A DNA stretch of 64,000 nt from Cyanobacteria bacterium P01_F01_bin.150 (GTDB taxonomy: Bacteria; Cyanobacteriota; Cyanobacteriia; CAKZMO01): NCBI GenBank assembly GCA_039189765.1, contig JBCCYL010000001.1, positions 32,001 through 96,000 of the forward strand, written 5' to 3'. The position numbers were made by a program, and so were the translations under genes. The notes under the pieces were generated by a model. It worked only from the letters and a program-made list of their open reading frames with translations. It made no database searches and had not been told where the DNA came from. Numbering within the stretch: the first letter of the stretch is position 1; each line of letters opens with the position of its first letter. This document shows, in pieces, positions 19,501-29,071 of the stretch.

Positions 19501-19966
19501 CAGACCAGCCATCTATAATCAGATGGTGCTGAGTCCATATCATCTGATATTGGGTATCAGCTAGCTGAACTAGAGTAATTCTCATTAAAGGCGGAGACTT
19601 GAGATTAAATCCCTGCTGGCGATCGCCCTCCAGAAATGCCTCTAATTTCGCCTGCTGGTCTTCAGATGGCACGGACCGCCAGTCTTCAAACTGCCATGGC
19701 AACAACAGGCGATGATACACCACCTGAAACGGATCGTCTCGCTTTTCCCAATGAAAGCTGCTGCGGAGAGCGGGATGTTGGAGCAGCACCTGTTGCCATG
19801 ATTGCTGGAGGCGATCGCTATCTAGCGCTCCCTCAAACGTTAGGCATACCTGGGGTACATATACTCCTGTTTCAGGCGTTAGTAACTCATGAAACAACAT
19901 TCCCTTCTGCATCGGGGACAGGGGATAAATATCAGCAATGTTTTTCTTATCCATTGTTTGGCTCAT
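16505..19966 (-). CDS. NRPS: C (DCL-type) - A (Ser) - PCP
   Basis: 1153 aa. IADIYPLSPMQ, HHLIIDGWS, code DVWHISLIDK (Ser), GGNSLL. C-terminal RKEIEL. ATGA overlap with the next gene. Confidence 0.95.
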   Translation of the reverse strand: MSQTMDKKNIADIYPLSPMQKGMLFHELLTPETGVYVPQVCLTFEGALDSDRLQQSWQQVLLQHPALRSSFHWEKRDDPFQVVYHRLLLPWQFEDWRSVPSEDQQAKLEAFLEGDRQQGFNLKSPPLMRITLVQLADTQYQMIWTQHHLIIDGWSAAIVVKDVFDVYAQLCETDKAIATLTRQPYRDYISWLRQQDQQEAQHFWQQQLKGFKSPSRLSDVLETLGNVALKTKSSQVNSSGSIFFPSDSSQSGLAPNSPSNSLQAYSAQHWQEREYEIEETITKSLKTLAQQHQLTLNTLLQGSLAIVLSRYCDADDVVFGSTRSGRPVDLPGSAAMVGLFINTLPVRVQVAEEQSLISWLQQLQQNQAEALPYEYASLMDIQGWSELPQNTALFDTILVVENYPIEPSSGSGDQDLQLKEVRSLEWTHFPLTILVAPGTTLNITVKYDGDRITAKAVNQFISHWQTILDNMLANSECLVGDLSILTKAEKQTLLTDWNHTHQDYPQTLCLHQWVEQQVDRTPDAVAVTFQDQHLTYADLNHQANQLAHHLQSIGVLPEHRVGIHMERCVEMVVAILGSLKAGAAYVPLDPDYPQNRLDYIQAHANVSVVLTAEDVRDEKIASFPTTNPSTTVTPDNAIYVLYTSGSTGEPKGVVNIHRALVNRLHWMQSEYGLDSSDRVLQKTPFSFDVSVWEFFWPLITGARLVIARPGGHRDSAYLRQIIHEEQITTLHFVPSMLQIFLDEVEDRDLYSIKCIICSGEALPCILGDRIHIHFNADLHNLYGPTEAAIDVTAHTHYNSRYSTSSIPIGKPIHNTQLYILDSNLHPTPTGVSGELYIAGDGLARGYLNNPALTAERFIPNPFLKAEGREKAEDGEKAEGRRQKAEGRPTPSPSQAGNRTSQTPKLLNSLTLYKTGDRVRYLPDGTIEFLERIDTQVKLRGLRIELGEIEAALADYPTVHQAIVTVTKRNDQQYLIAYLVSPASTLDDSSALKEFLGDRLPPYMIPTAFIPIKKIPLTVNGKLDRRSLPQWQPKGSAEMVAPRTATEQVIKEIWSSVLKVDRFSVEDNFFDLGGNSLLATRINSRLREVFDLEVPLRSLFEKQTVAALSQYVDATQMALKRPVGKPLASDSVENGNSPTGKPLATSKGRKEIEL

Positions 19967-19981
19967 CCACTTAACATCCCC

Positions 19982-22900
19982 CTACAAATCCGCTAGCAGA
20001 TCATCTAATTCGCCCTGGCTAAGCGACATTTCCGGGAAGTCAGAGGGGGTATAGCCTCCCGCATCTGGATCGCAACAGTGGTCAATCAGTCGCCTTAGGT
20101 AGTCCATAACCGACTCTGCCACTTGATAAACGGTTTCTTTTCGATGCAACCCATTGCTATAGGACCAATCCAATCGCAAGCGCCCTCCTGTGACTAAACC
20201 ATTGATTTCCAGAATTACGCCGCGATCGCCCCTAGGACTTCGCAATGATCCTGCTGACAGTTGAGAGGGCTTTAGAAGCACATCATCAGACCACAATGCG
20301 TCTGTCTGTCCCAAGTAGTTAAACCGCACAGGCGACAACGACTTAGAACCGCTTAACCCGATACCATCTGTATTGAAGGCCATCAAATCCTGCCCCGCAT
20401 CCAGATAGCGCCAAAGCCCATATCCAATCCCCTGATTAGGAATTTCACGGAGTTGCTCCTTAACACTCTTGAGAATTATTCCCAATTCTTTCGACTGTAA
20501 TCGATTTAACACCACTGGAAATAGGCTTGTCAACCACCCTACAGTACGAGACAAATCAACACTATCTGTCAACAATTCACGCCCATGGCCCTCCATTTCG
20601 ATGACCAGCGCCTCTGATTGGCTCCAATCAGTTAATCCCATCATTAGCGCCGTTAACAATGCATCATTAATCTGAGTTTGATAGGCACCAGGGACCTTAT
20701 GCAGTAGGGCATTAGTCTCCTCCTGCGTCAGTGTCAAAGATATAGTTGAACTATCCATAACTCGATTTGAGCCATCTTGCATGTCCAGCGGCAGCGTTCG
20801 AGAATAATCCGTCAACTGACGATGAATTTCAGTCCAGTACTGTCGTTCTTGAACAAACTGATTCGATTGAATATAGTCTTGAAGCGTCTGAGACCACTGG
20901 GGTAACGACATCGATTTAGGCGGTAAGACCCCCTCTAGCTCCCCCTTGGTAAGGGGTAGGATCGGAGTCTCTCCCCTTGGCAAGGGGGGATTAAGGGGGG
21001 GGGATTGCCCCTGAGCCAGATCTCGATAAATCTGCTGAAGATCGCCCAGAATAATGCGCCACGACAGCCCATCCACCAGTAAATGATGCAAAGCAATAAG
21101 GATTTGATCCGTATTTTGCCCTGTCTCAAATACCGCCACACGCATTAATTCGCCAGTCGCCAAGCTAAAGCCTGATTGTAAAGTCGCACTCGTTTGCTCA
21201 ATAACTACAGCCTGCTGCTCTGGCAACACCGTCGTTAGGTCAATATGGGTAACAACATCAGGAACCTTCTCCACAATCACCTGCTGCCAACCATTACTTC
21301 CTCTAATAAACTGCGATCGCAACCCGTCATGGTACTGCAACAACTGATAAACCGCCTGCCGCAATATCTGAGGCTCTATCGGCTCCAGACTTTCAAACAT
21401 AATCGCCTGATTCCAATGATGGGCCTCGGCAAACTCTTGCTCAAAGAACCAGCGCTGAATCGGGTTCAAAGGCACAGATCCAACAACCAGCCCCTGCTCT
21501 GCCTGCAACATTAGCTCAGAAGACTCCAACGCCGCCAGCTCCGCAATCGTCTGATACTGGAATAGCTGCTTGGGAGCCAAATGAATGCCCACCTGACGAG
21601 CTTTAGCGATCGCCTGAATCGCTAAAATTGAATCTCCACCCAGCGCAAAAAAATTATCGTGGATGCCAACCTGCTCCAGCCCCAGCAAACTACGCCAAAT
21701 CTCAGCTAGCTGTCCCTCTCTTTCAGTCTGAGGCTGAACGCTTTCACTGCTCTCCCCAGCAATATTTGCCTCTCGTTCAGGAGCCGGAAGCGATCGCCGA
21801 TCAATCTTGCCATTCGGCGTTAACGGCAGCGCATCTAATATCATAACCGTAGAAGGCACCATATAGTCCGGTATGCAACGTTGGAGATGCTTCTTCAATG
21901 CAGAAGGCGTTGCATCCTCTGCGTTCTTGACAACAACATACGCTACCAACTGCTGATGCTGATTTTCTTTATCCATCCAGGGATTAACCACCGCTTGGGC
22001 GACTCCTGGATGCTGACGTAGTACTGCCTCAATTTCGCCTAGCTCAATCCGGAAGCCCCGAATCTTCACCTGATGGTCCAGTCGCCGCAAATATTCGATA
22101 TCGCCATTAGGACGATAGAGGACGCGATCGCCCGTTTTATATAGGGTCAGGGAACCAGATGCGCCCAGATCCCGGGGTTCTTTGCGTAACGTTTGCCCAG
22201 TAGCAGAGATTTGATCAGAACCCCGGGATCTTTGCATGAACGGATTGGGGATAAAGCGATCGCCCGTCAAATCAGGACGATTTAAATACCCCCGAGCAAC
22301 CCCCGCCCCTGCCAAGTAAAGCTCTCCCGGAACTCCTACAGGCACGGGCTGAAGATGTCGATCAAGAATATAAGCTTGGGTTCCAGTAATAGGCTGCCCA
22401 ATCGGAGGAGTTGCTGATTTTGGATTTTGGATTTTGGATTTTGGTTGAGGAGTTGGCGCACTCCGGTCCCCCTCTTGAGAGGGGCTAGGCTTCGACGTGA
22501 GCGAAGCCGAACGGGTGGGTTCATCCTTCTGCCTTCTGCCTTCTGCCTTTACTTCTGCCTTCTGCCTTCTGCCTTCTGCCTTTTTAGCGCCTTCCGCCTT
22601 TACTTGTGCTCCCGTTGAATAGGTCGTATCTTCTGATGGCCCGTAGAGGTTATAAACCGCTTGAATATGGGGCTGTTCATAAAGCTGATTGACCAAGGTT
22701 TGGGGCAGTGGTTCTCCTGCTAGATTGACCGTTGTCACTGTTGAGGGGATGCCGTTGATGGCCAGTAGTGCCCTTGCCGCTGAGGGAACAGTATTGATAA
22801 GGGTAAGGCCAGCATCTTCGCCTAGCTCCGGCAATTGCAGGACATCCTCAACCAACACCACCGTTCCACCTACGCTCAGGGGAACAAACATTTCAAATAC

Positions 22901-25900
22901 TGACAAATCAAAGCAAATAGACGTAGACGCCAGAACGCCTGCTAATTGTTCTGCTCTAAATGCGTTTCTGGCCCAGTTAACAAGAGCGATCGCATTTTGG
23001 TGGGCGATCGCCACCCCCTTCGGCCTTCCCGTCGAACCCGATGTGTAGATAACGTAAGCCAGAGAAGAATTTTGGATATTGGATATTGGATATTGGCCAG
23101 AAAGTTGGGGAGTTGGGGAGTTGGGGAGTTGGGGAGTTGGGGAGGTTCGGTCCCCCTCCTGGGAGGGGTTAGGGGTGGGTTTTTCTGCCTTCTGCCTTCT
23201 GCCTTCTGCCTTTATCTCTGCCTTCTGCCCTTGAATATCCCAATCACCGTCAATCTCAAGGATAATCGGAGCATCAGCCGTAGGGTGGGCACTGCCCACC
23301 GACGCAGCATTACTCTTTTGATCACTTTGAAGCAGCGCTGTAGTTCTTGCATCATCCGAACGGCGAATTAACGCAGACAGTTGGGCATCATCAATAATCC
23401 AGCTCAAGCGCTCTGTAGGATAATTGGGGTCGAGAGGCACATAGGCCGCTCCGGCTTTAAGAATGGCAAGGATCGCAACTATCATTTCGATAGAGCGATC
23501 GACACAGACTCCTACCAAATTTTCAGGCTGAATACCAAGCTGTTGTAGATAAATCGCCAGTTGATTTGCCCGTTGATTAAGCGCCTGGTAGGTCACCTGC
23601 TGACGGTCAAAGGTGAGGGCGATCGCCTCCGGCGTCCGCTCAACCTGAGTCTCAAAATACCCATGTAATTCGACGCCCCTTAGTCCCTCCTTGGTAAGGG
23701 GGGAGACCAGAACGCCCTCCCCTTGTTTTTCGCGTAGCGTGTTCGGAGAACGCAGGGAGGGCTGGGGTGGGGTCAATTCCCAGTCTCCGGCTGGGAATTG
23801 ACCAAGGAGACTCTGGCTCCTCTTCGGCCCTAGATGCAATCGATTCCACTCAAACAAAATCCGCTGCTGTTCTTCAACAGTAAGAATCGAAAGAGTGCTA
23901 ATAGGTTGATTAGAATCAGCGATCGCCCTTTCCAGCAAAACCTGCCAGTGCATCGCCATCCGCTGAATCATATCCGCCGCAAATAAATCTCGATTGTATT
24001 CCCATCGAGTCACCAAGCCAATTGATGGTTGGCCGTCGCCCCCCTGCACCGATGTCGAGTCTTCCTTGACCTCTGTAACCGATAGCGTTAAATCAAACTT
24101 GGCGGTACCACTATCGCGATCGAGGATCTGCCAGCTCAGCCCATCAAGCTCCATCGTTCCCATCGACGCATTTTGTAGCAAAAACATTACTTGGAACAGT
24201 GGGCTATGGCTAAGCGATCGCTCCGGCTGCAGCGCATCCACAATTTGCTCAAACGGCATATCCTGATGATTATAGCCATCTAAAGTCGTCTGCTTTACCC
24301 GCTCCACCAGTTCAGCAAAACTCGGATGACCCGACAAGTCCGTTCGCAACGCCAAAGTATTAGCAAAACAGCCCACCATCCGCTCCACCTCAGCATGATG
24401 ACGATTGGCAACAGGAGACCCCACCACAATATCGTCACTGTCACTGTAGCGCTGTAACAGCAGATTGAACACCGCCAGCAGCGTCATAAATACCGTTACG
24501 CCATGTTTCTGACTCCATTGCCGTACCGCTTGAGATAGTTCTGCTGGCAAATGCACCGAATGGGACGCTCCATGCCAGGTCTGTACCGCAGGTCGGGGGT
24601 AATCCGTTGGTAATTCCAGGAGTGGAGGTGAATTGTGGAGATGCGATCGCCAGTATTCTAACTGCTCTTCCAGAACTTCATCTTTAAGCCAGTTACGTTG
24701 CCACGCAGCATAGTCAAGGTATTGAATTTTAGATTTTAGATTTTGGATTTTGGATGGAGAGTCTGCTTCGTAGGATGTTTTAGGCGACAGCCGTAACGCA
24801 TCATTACCGCTTACAGCATAAAATTGAGCGATATCCTGGACAATAACCCCAATGGACCAGGCATCTGCAATTAAGTGATGTAGGGTGAGTAAAGCAATGT
24901 GTTGGGTTGGAGCAAGGTGGAGAATCGATAGGCGGAAGAGAGGACCGTGATCAAGGGCCAAAGTTTTTTGGGCGTCTTGTTGAGCGATCGCTTCCACCCT
25001 TTCCTTCTGCTCAATCTCCGAATATTCCATCAGATCAATTTCAGAAATCCCAAACGATTTCGGCACTTCCAGAATCGAAACTTGGGGTCGTCCGTCCACT
25101 GTTTCTACAGTCGTCCGCAAGCCTTCATGGCGATCAAGTAGGGCAACCATACTCTGCTGTAATCGCTCCATGTCCAGCTCACCAGAGATGTTTAATCCCA
25201 CCGGAATATTGTAAAACGGGTTATCAGGCTCCAACTGGGCCAACACCCACTGCCGCTGCTGGGCAAAAGACAGCGGTAGTTCACCATCACGATTGATAGG
25301 TTCAATATCGGGACGATAGCGCTTAGCTTGAGCTAAAGTCGCGCCTGCGTGATCATTTGATTGACCATCTGCCTGACCATATTTTTCAATCTCTTGAGCT
25401 AGCCCTGAGATCGTGGGTGCTGTAAACACCTTTTGCAGTGGGATATCCAGCTTGAAGGCTTGGCGGATTCGTGCGATCGCCCTCGCCGCCAACAGCGAAT
25501 GCCCCCCCAATTCAAAGAAATTATCGTAAATGCTTACAGCATCCCGACTTAATACCTCAGTCCAAATTTCCGCTAGCTTAACTTCAGTGTCAGTGCTCGG
25601 CTCAACATAAGACTGGGCCAGTGACATTTCAGGCTCCACAACAGGATCAGGGAGCGATTTCCGATCGACCTTGCCATTAGGCGTCAACGGCAGCGTCTCC
25701 ATCGACACAAAGACACTCGGAATCATGTAAGTAGGCAAGGATTTCTGAAGAAACTCCCGCAACTCCGACGATTTTGGATTTTGGATTTTAGATTTTGGAT
25801 TTTGGCCATTCCGGTCCCCCTCCTGGGAGGGGCTAGGGGTGGGTTCTGCCTTCTGCCTTCTGCCTTCTGCCTTTATTTCTGCCTTAGAAATAAAATATGC

Positions 25901-28900
25901 CACCAACATCGGATCGCTATCCTGCCATCGCAGCACCACAACCGCCTGCTGAATCTGAGGATGCTGCCCCAACGCCACCTCAATTTCCCCCAACTCAATC
26001 CGAAAGCCCCGCAGCTTCACCTGAAAATCCAGCCGACCCAAATATTCCAAAATGCCATCTTCGCGATAGCGAACGAAATCACCAGTTTTATAGAGAGTTG
26101 GAGAGTTAGAGAGTTGGGGAATTGGGGAGGTTCGGTTCCCCTCTTGGGAGGGGCTAGGGGTGGGTTCTTCTGCCTTCTGCCTTCTGCCTTCTGCCTTAAA
26201 TTCTGCCTTTTGAACAAATCGCTCACTCGTCAATTCCGCTCGATTTAAATACCCGATCGCCACCCCAGCACCGCCAATATACAGTTCCCCAGGAATACCC
26301 ACTGGCACAGGCTGAAGATAGGCATCAAGGACATGGAGTTCAGTGTTGGCGATCGCCCTCCCAATCGGAACCGCAGCTTTACCCTCGACATTCGTAGCCG
26401 TCACCTGATGACACAGCGACCAGATCGTAGTTTCTGTGGGACCATACATATTCCACAGAGACTGGCTTTTGGGCAGTAACTCCGCTGCCAATGGCGTATC
26501 TAGAGCCTCTCCACCACACAGCACTCGTAAATTTGATTTCCCTTGCCAACCACTCGCCAACAACAATCGCCAAGTTGCAGGAGTCGCCTGCATCACCGTA
26601 ATATCGTGCTGGTTGAGGAGGGAAAAGAGGCGATCGCCATCCCTCACATCCTCCTGTGAAGCAATCACCACCTGCCCACCACATACCAGAGGTAAAAATA
26701 GCTCCAGAGCCGCAATATCAAACGAAAAAGTCGTTACCGCCAGCAGTTTATCTTTAGCCTCAAACCCCGGAGTATCCGTCATCGATTGCAGCAGGTTAGC
26801 CAATGCCCCATGGGAAATCTGCACACCCTTGGGATTCCCTGTAGAACCAGAGGTGTAGATGGTGTAGGCGATTTTGGATTTTAGATTTTGGATTTTGGAT
26901 TTTGGATTATCGCTACTCCGATCCCCCTCTTGGGAGGGGCTAGGGGTGGGTTGATTTTGGATTTTGGATTTTAGACTCTCGCCCCTCCGATCCCCCTCTT
27001 GGGAGGGGCTAGGGGTAGGTTCTGCCTTCTGCCCTCTGCCTTCTATCTTATCAACGCCCAGAGTTATGCAATTTTGAATTTTGAACTCTGTTTGCGAAGC
27101 GTCTCCAGAGGAGAAATTTTGACTTTGGGTATTAGAATCTTGGATCAGGGTCTGAATCCCTGCATCTTTGAGAACATATTGAATACGTTCTTGAGGATAG
27201 GTTGGATCAATGGGAACATAGGCGGCTCCTGCTCTATGCGTGGCAAGAAGGGCAATTAGCATATGAAGCGATCGCTCCACACAAACCCCCACAAGGCTAT
27301 CAGGCTGCACCTCCAAGGAAATCAGATGCTGAGCAAGTTGATTAATTTCCTGATTGAGTTGTCGATAAGTGAGATTGAAATTGCCAAACCCAACCGCAAT
27401 CGCGTCAGGAGTCTCCCCCGCCCAATACTCAACCCATCCATGCACAGTTGGCAGAGCCGACGGAGTCTCTTCCCCAACCCCATAACTCCATAACTCCCCA
27501 ACTCCCCAACTCCGTAACTCCCCAACTCCATAACTCCCCAACTGCTCCTTCTCGGCAACAGTCAGCAACGGCAGATGAGCAATCGGCTGATCAAGATCCT
27601 CGACAATCGCTTCTAACAGGGTCTGAAAATGCCCCACCATTCGCTCAATCGTAGAAGCTTTAAATAAGTCGGTATTGTACTCCAGATTACCGACCAGCCC
27701 ATCTGGAGATTCCACCATATCCAAACTTAAATCAAAGCGAGCCGTTTGGTTATCTAGAGGGAGATAGTTGAGGGTCAAATCCGGCAGCTTTAGTTCAGTA
27801 GTTTCGGGAGTATTATGCAGGATAAACATCACCTGAAAAAGGGGGTTTTGATGCAGGTGCCGCTCCGGTTGCAGCACTTCTACTAGGTACTCAAAAGGCA
27901 AATCTTGGTTGGCGTAGGCATCTAGAGTAGTGTCGCGGACTTGAGTGAGGAGCGATCGCACCGTAGGATTGCCCGACAAATCACTGCGAAATACCAAGTT
28001 ATTGACAAACAGACCAATCAGATTAGCCAGCTCTGGACGATTGCGATTAGCAACGGTAGAGCCAATCAGGATATCGGTCTGCCCAGAGTAACGATGGAGC
28101 AAAATCTTCAGCCCCATCAGCAGGGTCATATATAAAGTAGTGCCCTGATGACGGCTTAGTTCATTAAGCTTCTGGGTCAGAGTCTTGGGCAATGAAAACG
28201 ACAGCATTGCCCCATTAAAGCTTTGCACCATAGGCCGTGGAAAATCCGTCGGTAACTCTACGCTGAGGGGCGGCTGAGCAAGCTTTTGTTTCCAGTAGTC
28301 GAGCTGGTGCTGGCAGCGATCGCCTTTTAGCCACTGCCTCTGCCATACGGCATAGTCAGCATACTGGATAGGTAAATCAGCAAGTCCTGCTCCCGGTTTA
28401 TCTAGTTTTATTGCCCCATAAGCCCTTCCCAACTCCTGAATCAGCGATCGCATTGACCAATAGTCGGAAATAATGTGATGCAGTGTGCATATAAGCAGAT
28501 ATTCTGGTTCACTTCCCTGTAAGGATTTCAGGCGAAAAACCCGAACTCGCAGTAGCGGTCCCTCAGCTAAGTCAAACGGTCGAGCCGCTTCAGTTTGGAT
28601 TATCGTTTGAACTGCTCGGTCTTGCTGTTGTCGACTTTCCCACTGGTCTTCTCCAGGCATTTCTTCAATGGCCAAGCTCAGATTCTGAGTCGCCATAACT
28701 TCTTGCACTGGTTGTTCATCCACCACCGTAATCCGAGTGCGAAGGATTTCGTGGCGTTGAATAAGGATATTAAAGCTCTGCTCCAGGGCCGCAATATCCA
28801 ATTGGCCCGTCACTCTAAAGGCCGCTGGTAGATGATAGGCCGCTGATCCAGGCTGGAGCTGATCCATAAACCACAGCCGCTGTTGGGCAAACGATACTGG

Positions 28901-29071
28901 AAACGTTTGAGAGGTCTTGGGCGATCGCCCATCTTGAGCGGCTTGCTTATCTGCTTGCTTTGCTTTTTGCTGCTGCCCTTGCTTTTTCTTTTCCAGCAAC
29001 TGAGCTAATAATTGACGCTTTTGATCAGCGGAGAGATTAGAGATAGATTTTTGCCCTTGTCTTGAATTCAT
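19982..29071 (-). CDS. NRPS: C - A (Gly) - PCP - C - A (Ala) - PCP - E
   Basis: 3029 aa. HHIISDYWS, code DILQLGMIWK (Gly). HHLIADAWS, code DLFNNALTYK (Ala). GGDSIL PCP, E-domain HHLLVDGLSW and EGHGRE, COM tail YTPSDFP. Confidence 0.95.
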   Translation of the reverse strand: MNSRQGQKSISNLSADQKRQLLAQLLEKKKQGQQQKAKQADKQAAQDGRSPKTSQTFPVSFAQQRLWFMDQLQPGSAAYHLPAAFRVTGQLDIAALEQSFNILIQRHEILRTRITVVDEQPVQEVMATQNLSLAIEEMPGEDQWESRQQQDRAVQTIIQTEAARPFDLAEGPLLRVRVFRLKSLQGSEPEYLLICTLHHIISDYWSMRSLIQELGRAYGAIKLDKPGAGLADLPIQYADYAVWQRQWLKGDRCQHQLDYWKQKLAQPPLSVELPTDFPRPMVQSFNGAMLSFSLPKTLTQKLNELSRHQGTTLYMTLLMGLKILLHRYSGQTDILIGSTVANRNRPELANLIGLFVNNLVFRSDLSGNPTVRSLLTQVRDTTLDAYANQDLPFEYLVEVLQPERHLHQNPLFQVMFILHNTPETTELKLPDLTLNYLPLDNQTARFDLSLDMVESPDGLVGNLEYNTDLFKASTIERMVGHFQTLLEAIVEDLDQPIAHLPLLTVAEKEQLGSYGVGELRSWGVGELWSYGVGEETPSALPTVHGWVEYWAGETPDAIAVGFGNFNLTYRQLNQEINQLAQHLISLEVQPDSLVGVCVERSLHMLIALLATHRAGAAYVPIDPTYPQERIQYVLKDAGIQTLIQDSNTQSQNFSSGDASQTEFKIQNCITLGVDKIEGRGQKAEPTPSPSQEGDRRGESLKSKIQNQPTPSPSQEGDRSSDNPKSKIQNLKSKIAYTIYTSGSTGNPKGVQISHGALANLLQSMTDTPGFEAKDKLLAVTTFSFDIAALELFLPLVCGGQVVIASQEDVRDGDRLFSLLNQHDITVMQATPATWRLLLASGWQGKSNLRVLCGGEALDTPLAAELLPKSQSLWNMYGPTETTIWSLCHQVTATNVEGKAAVPIGRAIANTELHVLDAYLQPVPVGIPGELYIGGAGVAIGYLNRAELTSERFVQKAEFKAEGRRQKAEEPTPSPSQEGNRTSPIPQLSNSPTLYKTGDFVRYREDGILEYLGRLDFQVKLRGFRIELGEIEVALGQHPQIQQAVVVLRWQDSDPMLVAYFISKAEIKAEGRRQKAEPTPSPSQEGDRNGQNPKSKIQNPKSSELREFLQKSLPTYMIPSVFVSMETLPLTPNGKVDRKSLPDPVVEPEMSLAQSYVEPSTDTEVKLAEIWTEVLSRDAVSIYDNFFELGGHSLLAARAIARIRQAFKLDIPLQKVFTAPTISGLAQEIEKYGQADGQSNDHAGATLAQAKRYRPDIEPINRDGELPLSFAQQRQWVLAQLEPDNPFYNIPVGLNISGELDMERLQQSMVALLDRHEGLRTTVETVDGRPQVSILEVPKSFGISEIDLMEYSEIEQKERVEAIAQQDAQKTLALDHGPLFRLSILHLAPTQHIALLTLHHLIADAWSIGVIVQDIAQFYAVSGNDALRLSPKTSYEADSPSKIQNLKSKIQYLDYAAWQRNWLKDEVLEEQLEYWRSHLHNSPPLLELPTDYPRPAVQTWHGASHSVHLPAELSQAVRQWSQKHGVTVFMTLLAVFNLLLQRYSDSDDIVVGSPVANRHHAEVERMVGCFANTLALRTDLSGHPSFAELVERVKQTTLDGYNHQDMPFEQIVDALQPERSLSHSPLFQVMFLLQNASMGTMELDGLSWQILDRDSGTAKFDLTLSVTEVKEDSTSVQGGDGQPSIGLVTRWEYNRDLFAADMIQRMAMHWQVLLERAIADSNQPISTLSILTVEEQQRILFEWNRLHLGPKRSQSLLGQFPAGDWELTPPQPSLRSPNTLREKQGEGVLVSPLTKEGLRGVELHGYFETQVERTPEAIALTFDRQQVTYQALNQRANQLAIYLQQLGIQPENLVGVCVDRSIEMIVAILAILKAGAAYVPLDPNYPTERLSWIIDDAQLSALIRRSDDARTTALLQSDQKSNAASVGSAHPTADAPIILEIDGDWDIQGQKAEIKAEGRRQKAEKPTPNPSQEGDRTSPTPQLPNSPTPQLSGQYPISNIQNSSLAYVIYTSGSTGRPKGVAIAHQNAIALVNWARNAFRAEQLAGVLASTSICFDLSVFEMFVPLSVGGTVVLVEDVLQLPELGEDAGLTLINTVPSAARALLAINGIPSTVTTVNLAGEPLPQTLVNQLYEQPHIQAVYNLYGPSEDTTYSTGAQVKAEGAKKAEGRRQKAEVKAEGRRQKDEPTRSASLTSKPSPSQEGDRSAPTPQPKSKIQNPKSATPPIGQPITGTQAYILDRHLQPVPVGVPGELYLAGAGVARGYLNRPDLTGDRFIPNPFMQRSRGSDQISATGQTLRKEPRDLGASGSLTLYKTGDRVLYRPNGDIEYLRRLDHQVKIRGFRIELGEIEAVLRQHPGVAQAVVNPWMDKENQHQQLVAYVVVKNAEDATPSALKKHLQRCIPDYMVPSTVMILDALPLTPNGKIDRRSLPAPEREANIAGESSESVQPQTEREGQLAEIWRSLLGLEQVGIHDNFFALGGDSILAIQAIAKARQVGIHLAPKQLFQYQTIAELAALESSELMLQAEQGLVVGSVPLNPIQRWFFEQEFAEAHHWNQAIMFESLEPIEPQILRQAVYQLLQYHDGLRSQFIRGSNGWQQVIVEKVPDVVTHIDLTTVLPEQQAVVIEQTSATLQSGFSLATGELMRVAVFETGQNTDQILIALHHLLVDGLSWRIILGDLQQIYRDLAQGQSPPLNPPLPRGETPILPLTKGELEGVLPPKSMSLPQWSQTLQDYIQSNQFVQERQYWTEIHRQLTDYSRTLPLDMQDGSNRVMDSSTISLTLTQEETNALLHKVPGAYQTQINDALLTALMMGLTDWSQSEALVIEMEGHGRELLTDSVDLSRTVGWLTSLFPVVLNRLQSKELGIILKSVKEQLREIPNQGIGYGLWRYLDAGQDLMAFNTDGIGLSGSKSLSPVRFNYLGQTDALWSDDVLLKPSQLSAGSLRSPRGDRGVILEINGLVTGGRLRLDWSYSNGLHRKETVYQVAESVMDYLRRLIDHCCDPDAGGYTPSDFPEMSLSQGELDDLLADL
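22167..22231. mobile_element. 65-bp inverted-repeat element (15-bp arms, 35-nt interior) inside the Ala A domain
   Basis: AGATCCCGGGGTTCT-N35-AGAACCCCGGGATCT, translated as RSRGS...EPRDL. Confidence 0.75.
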
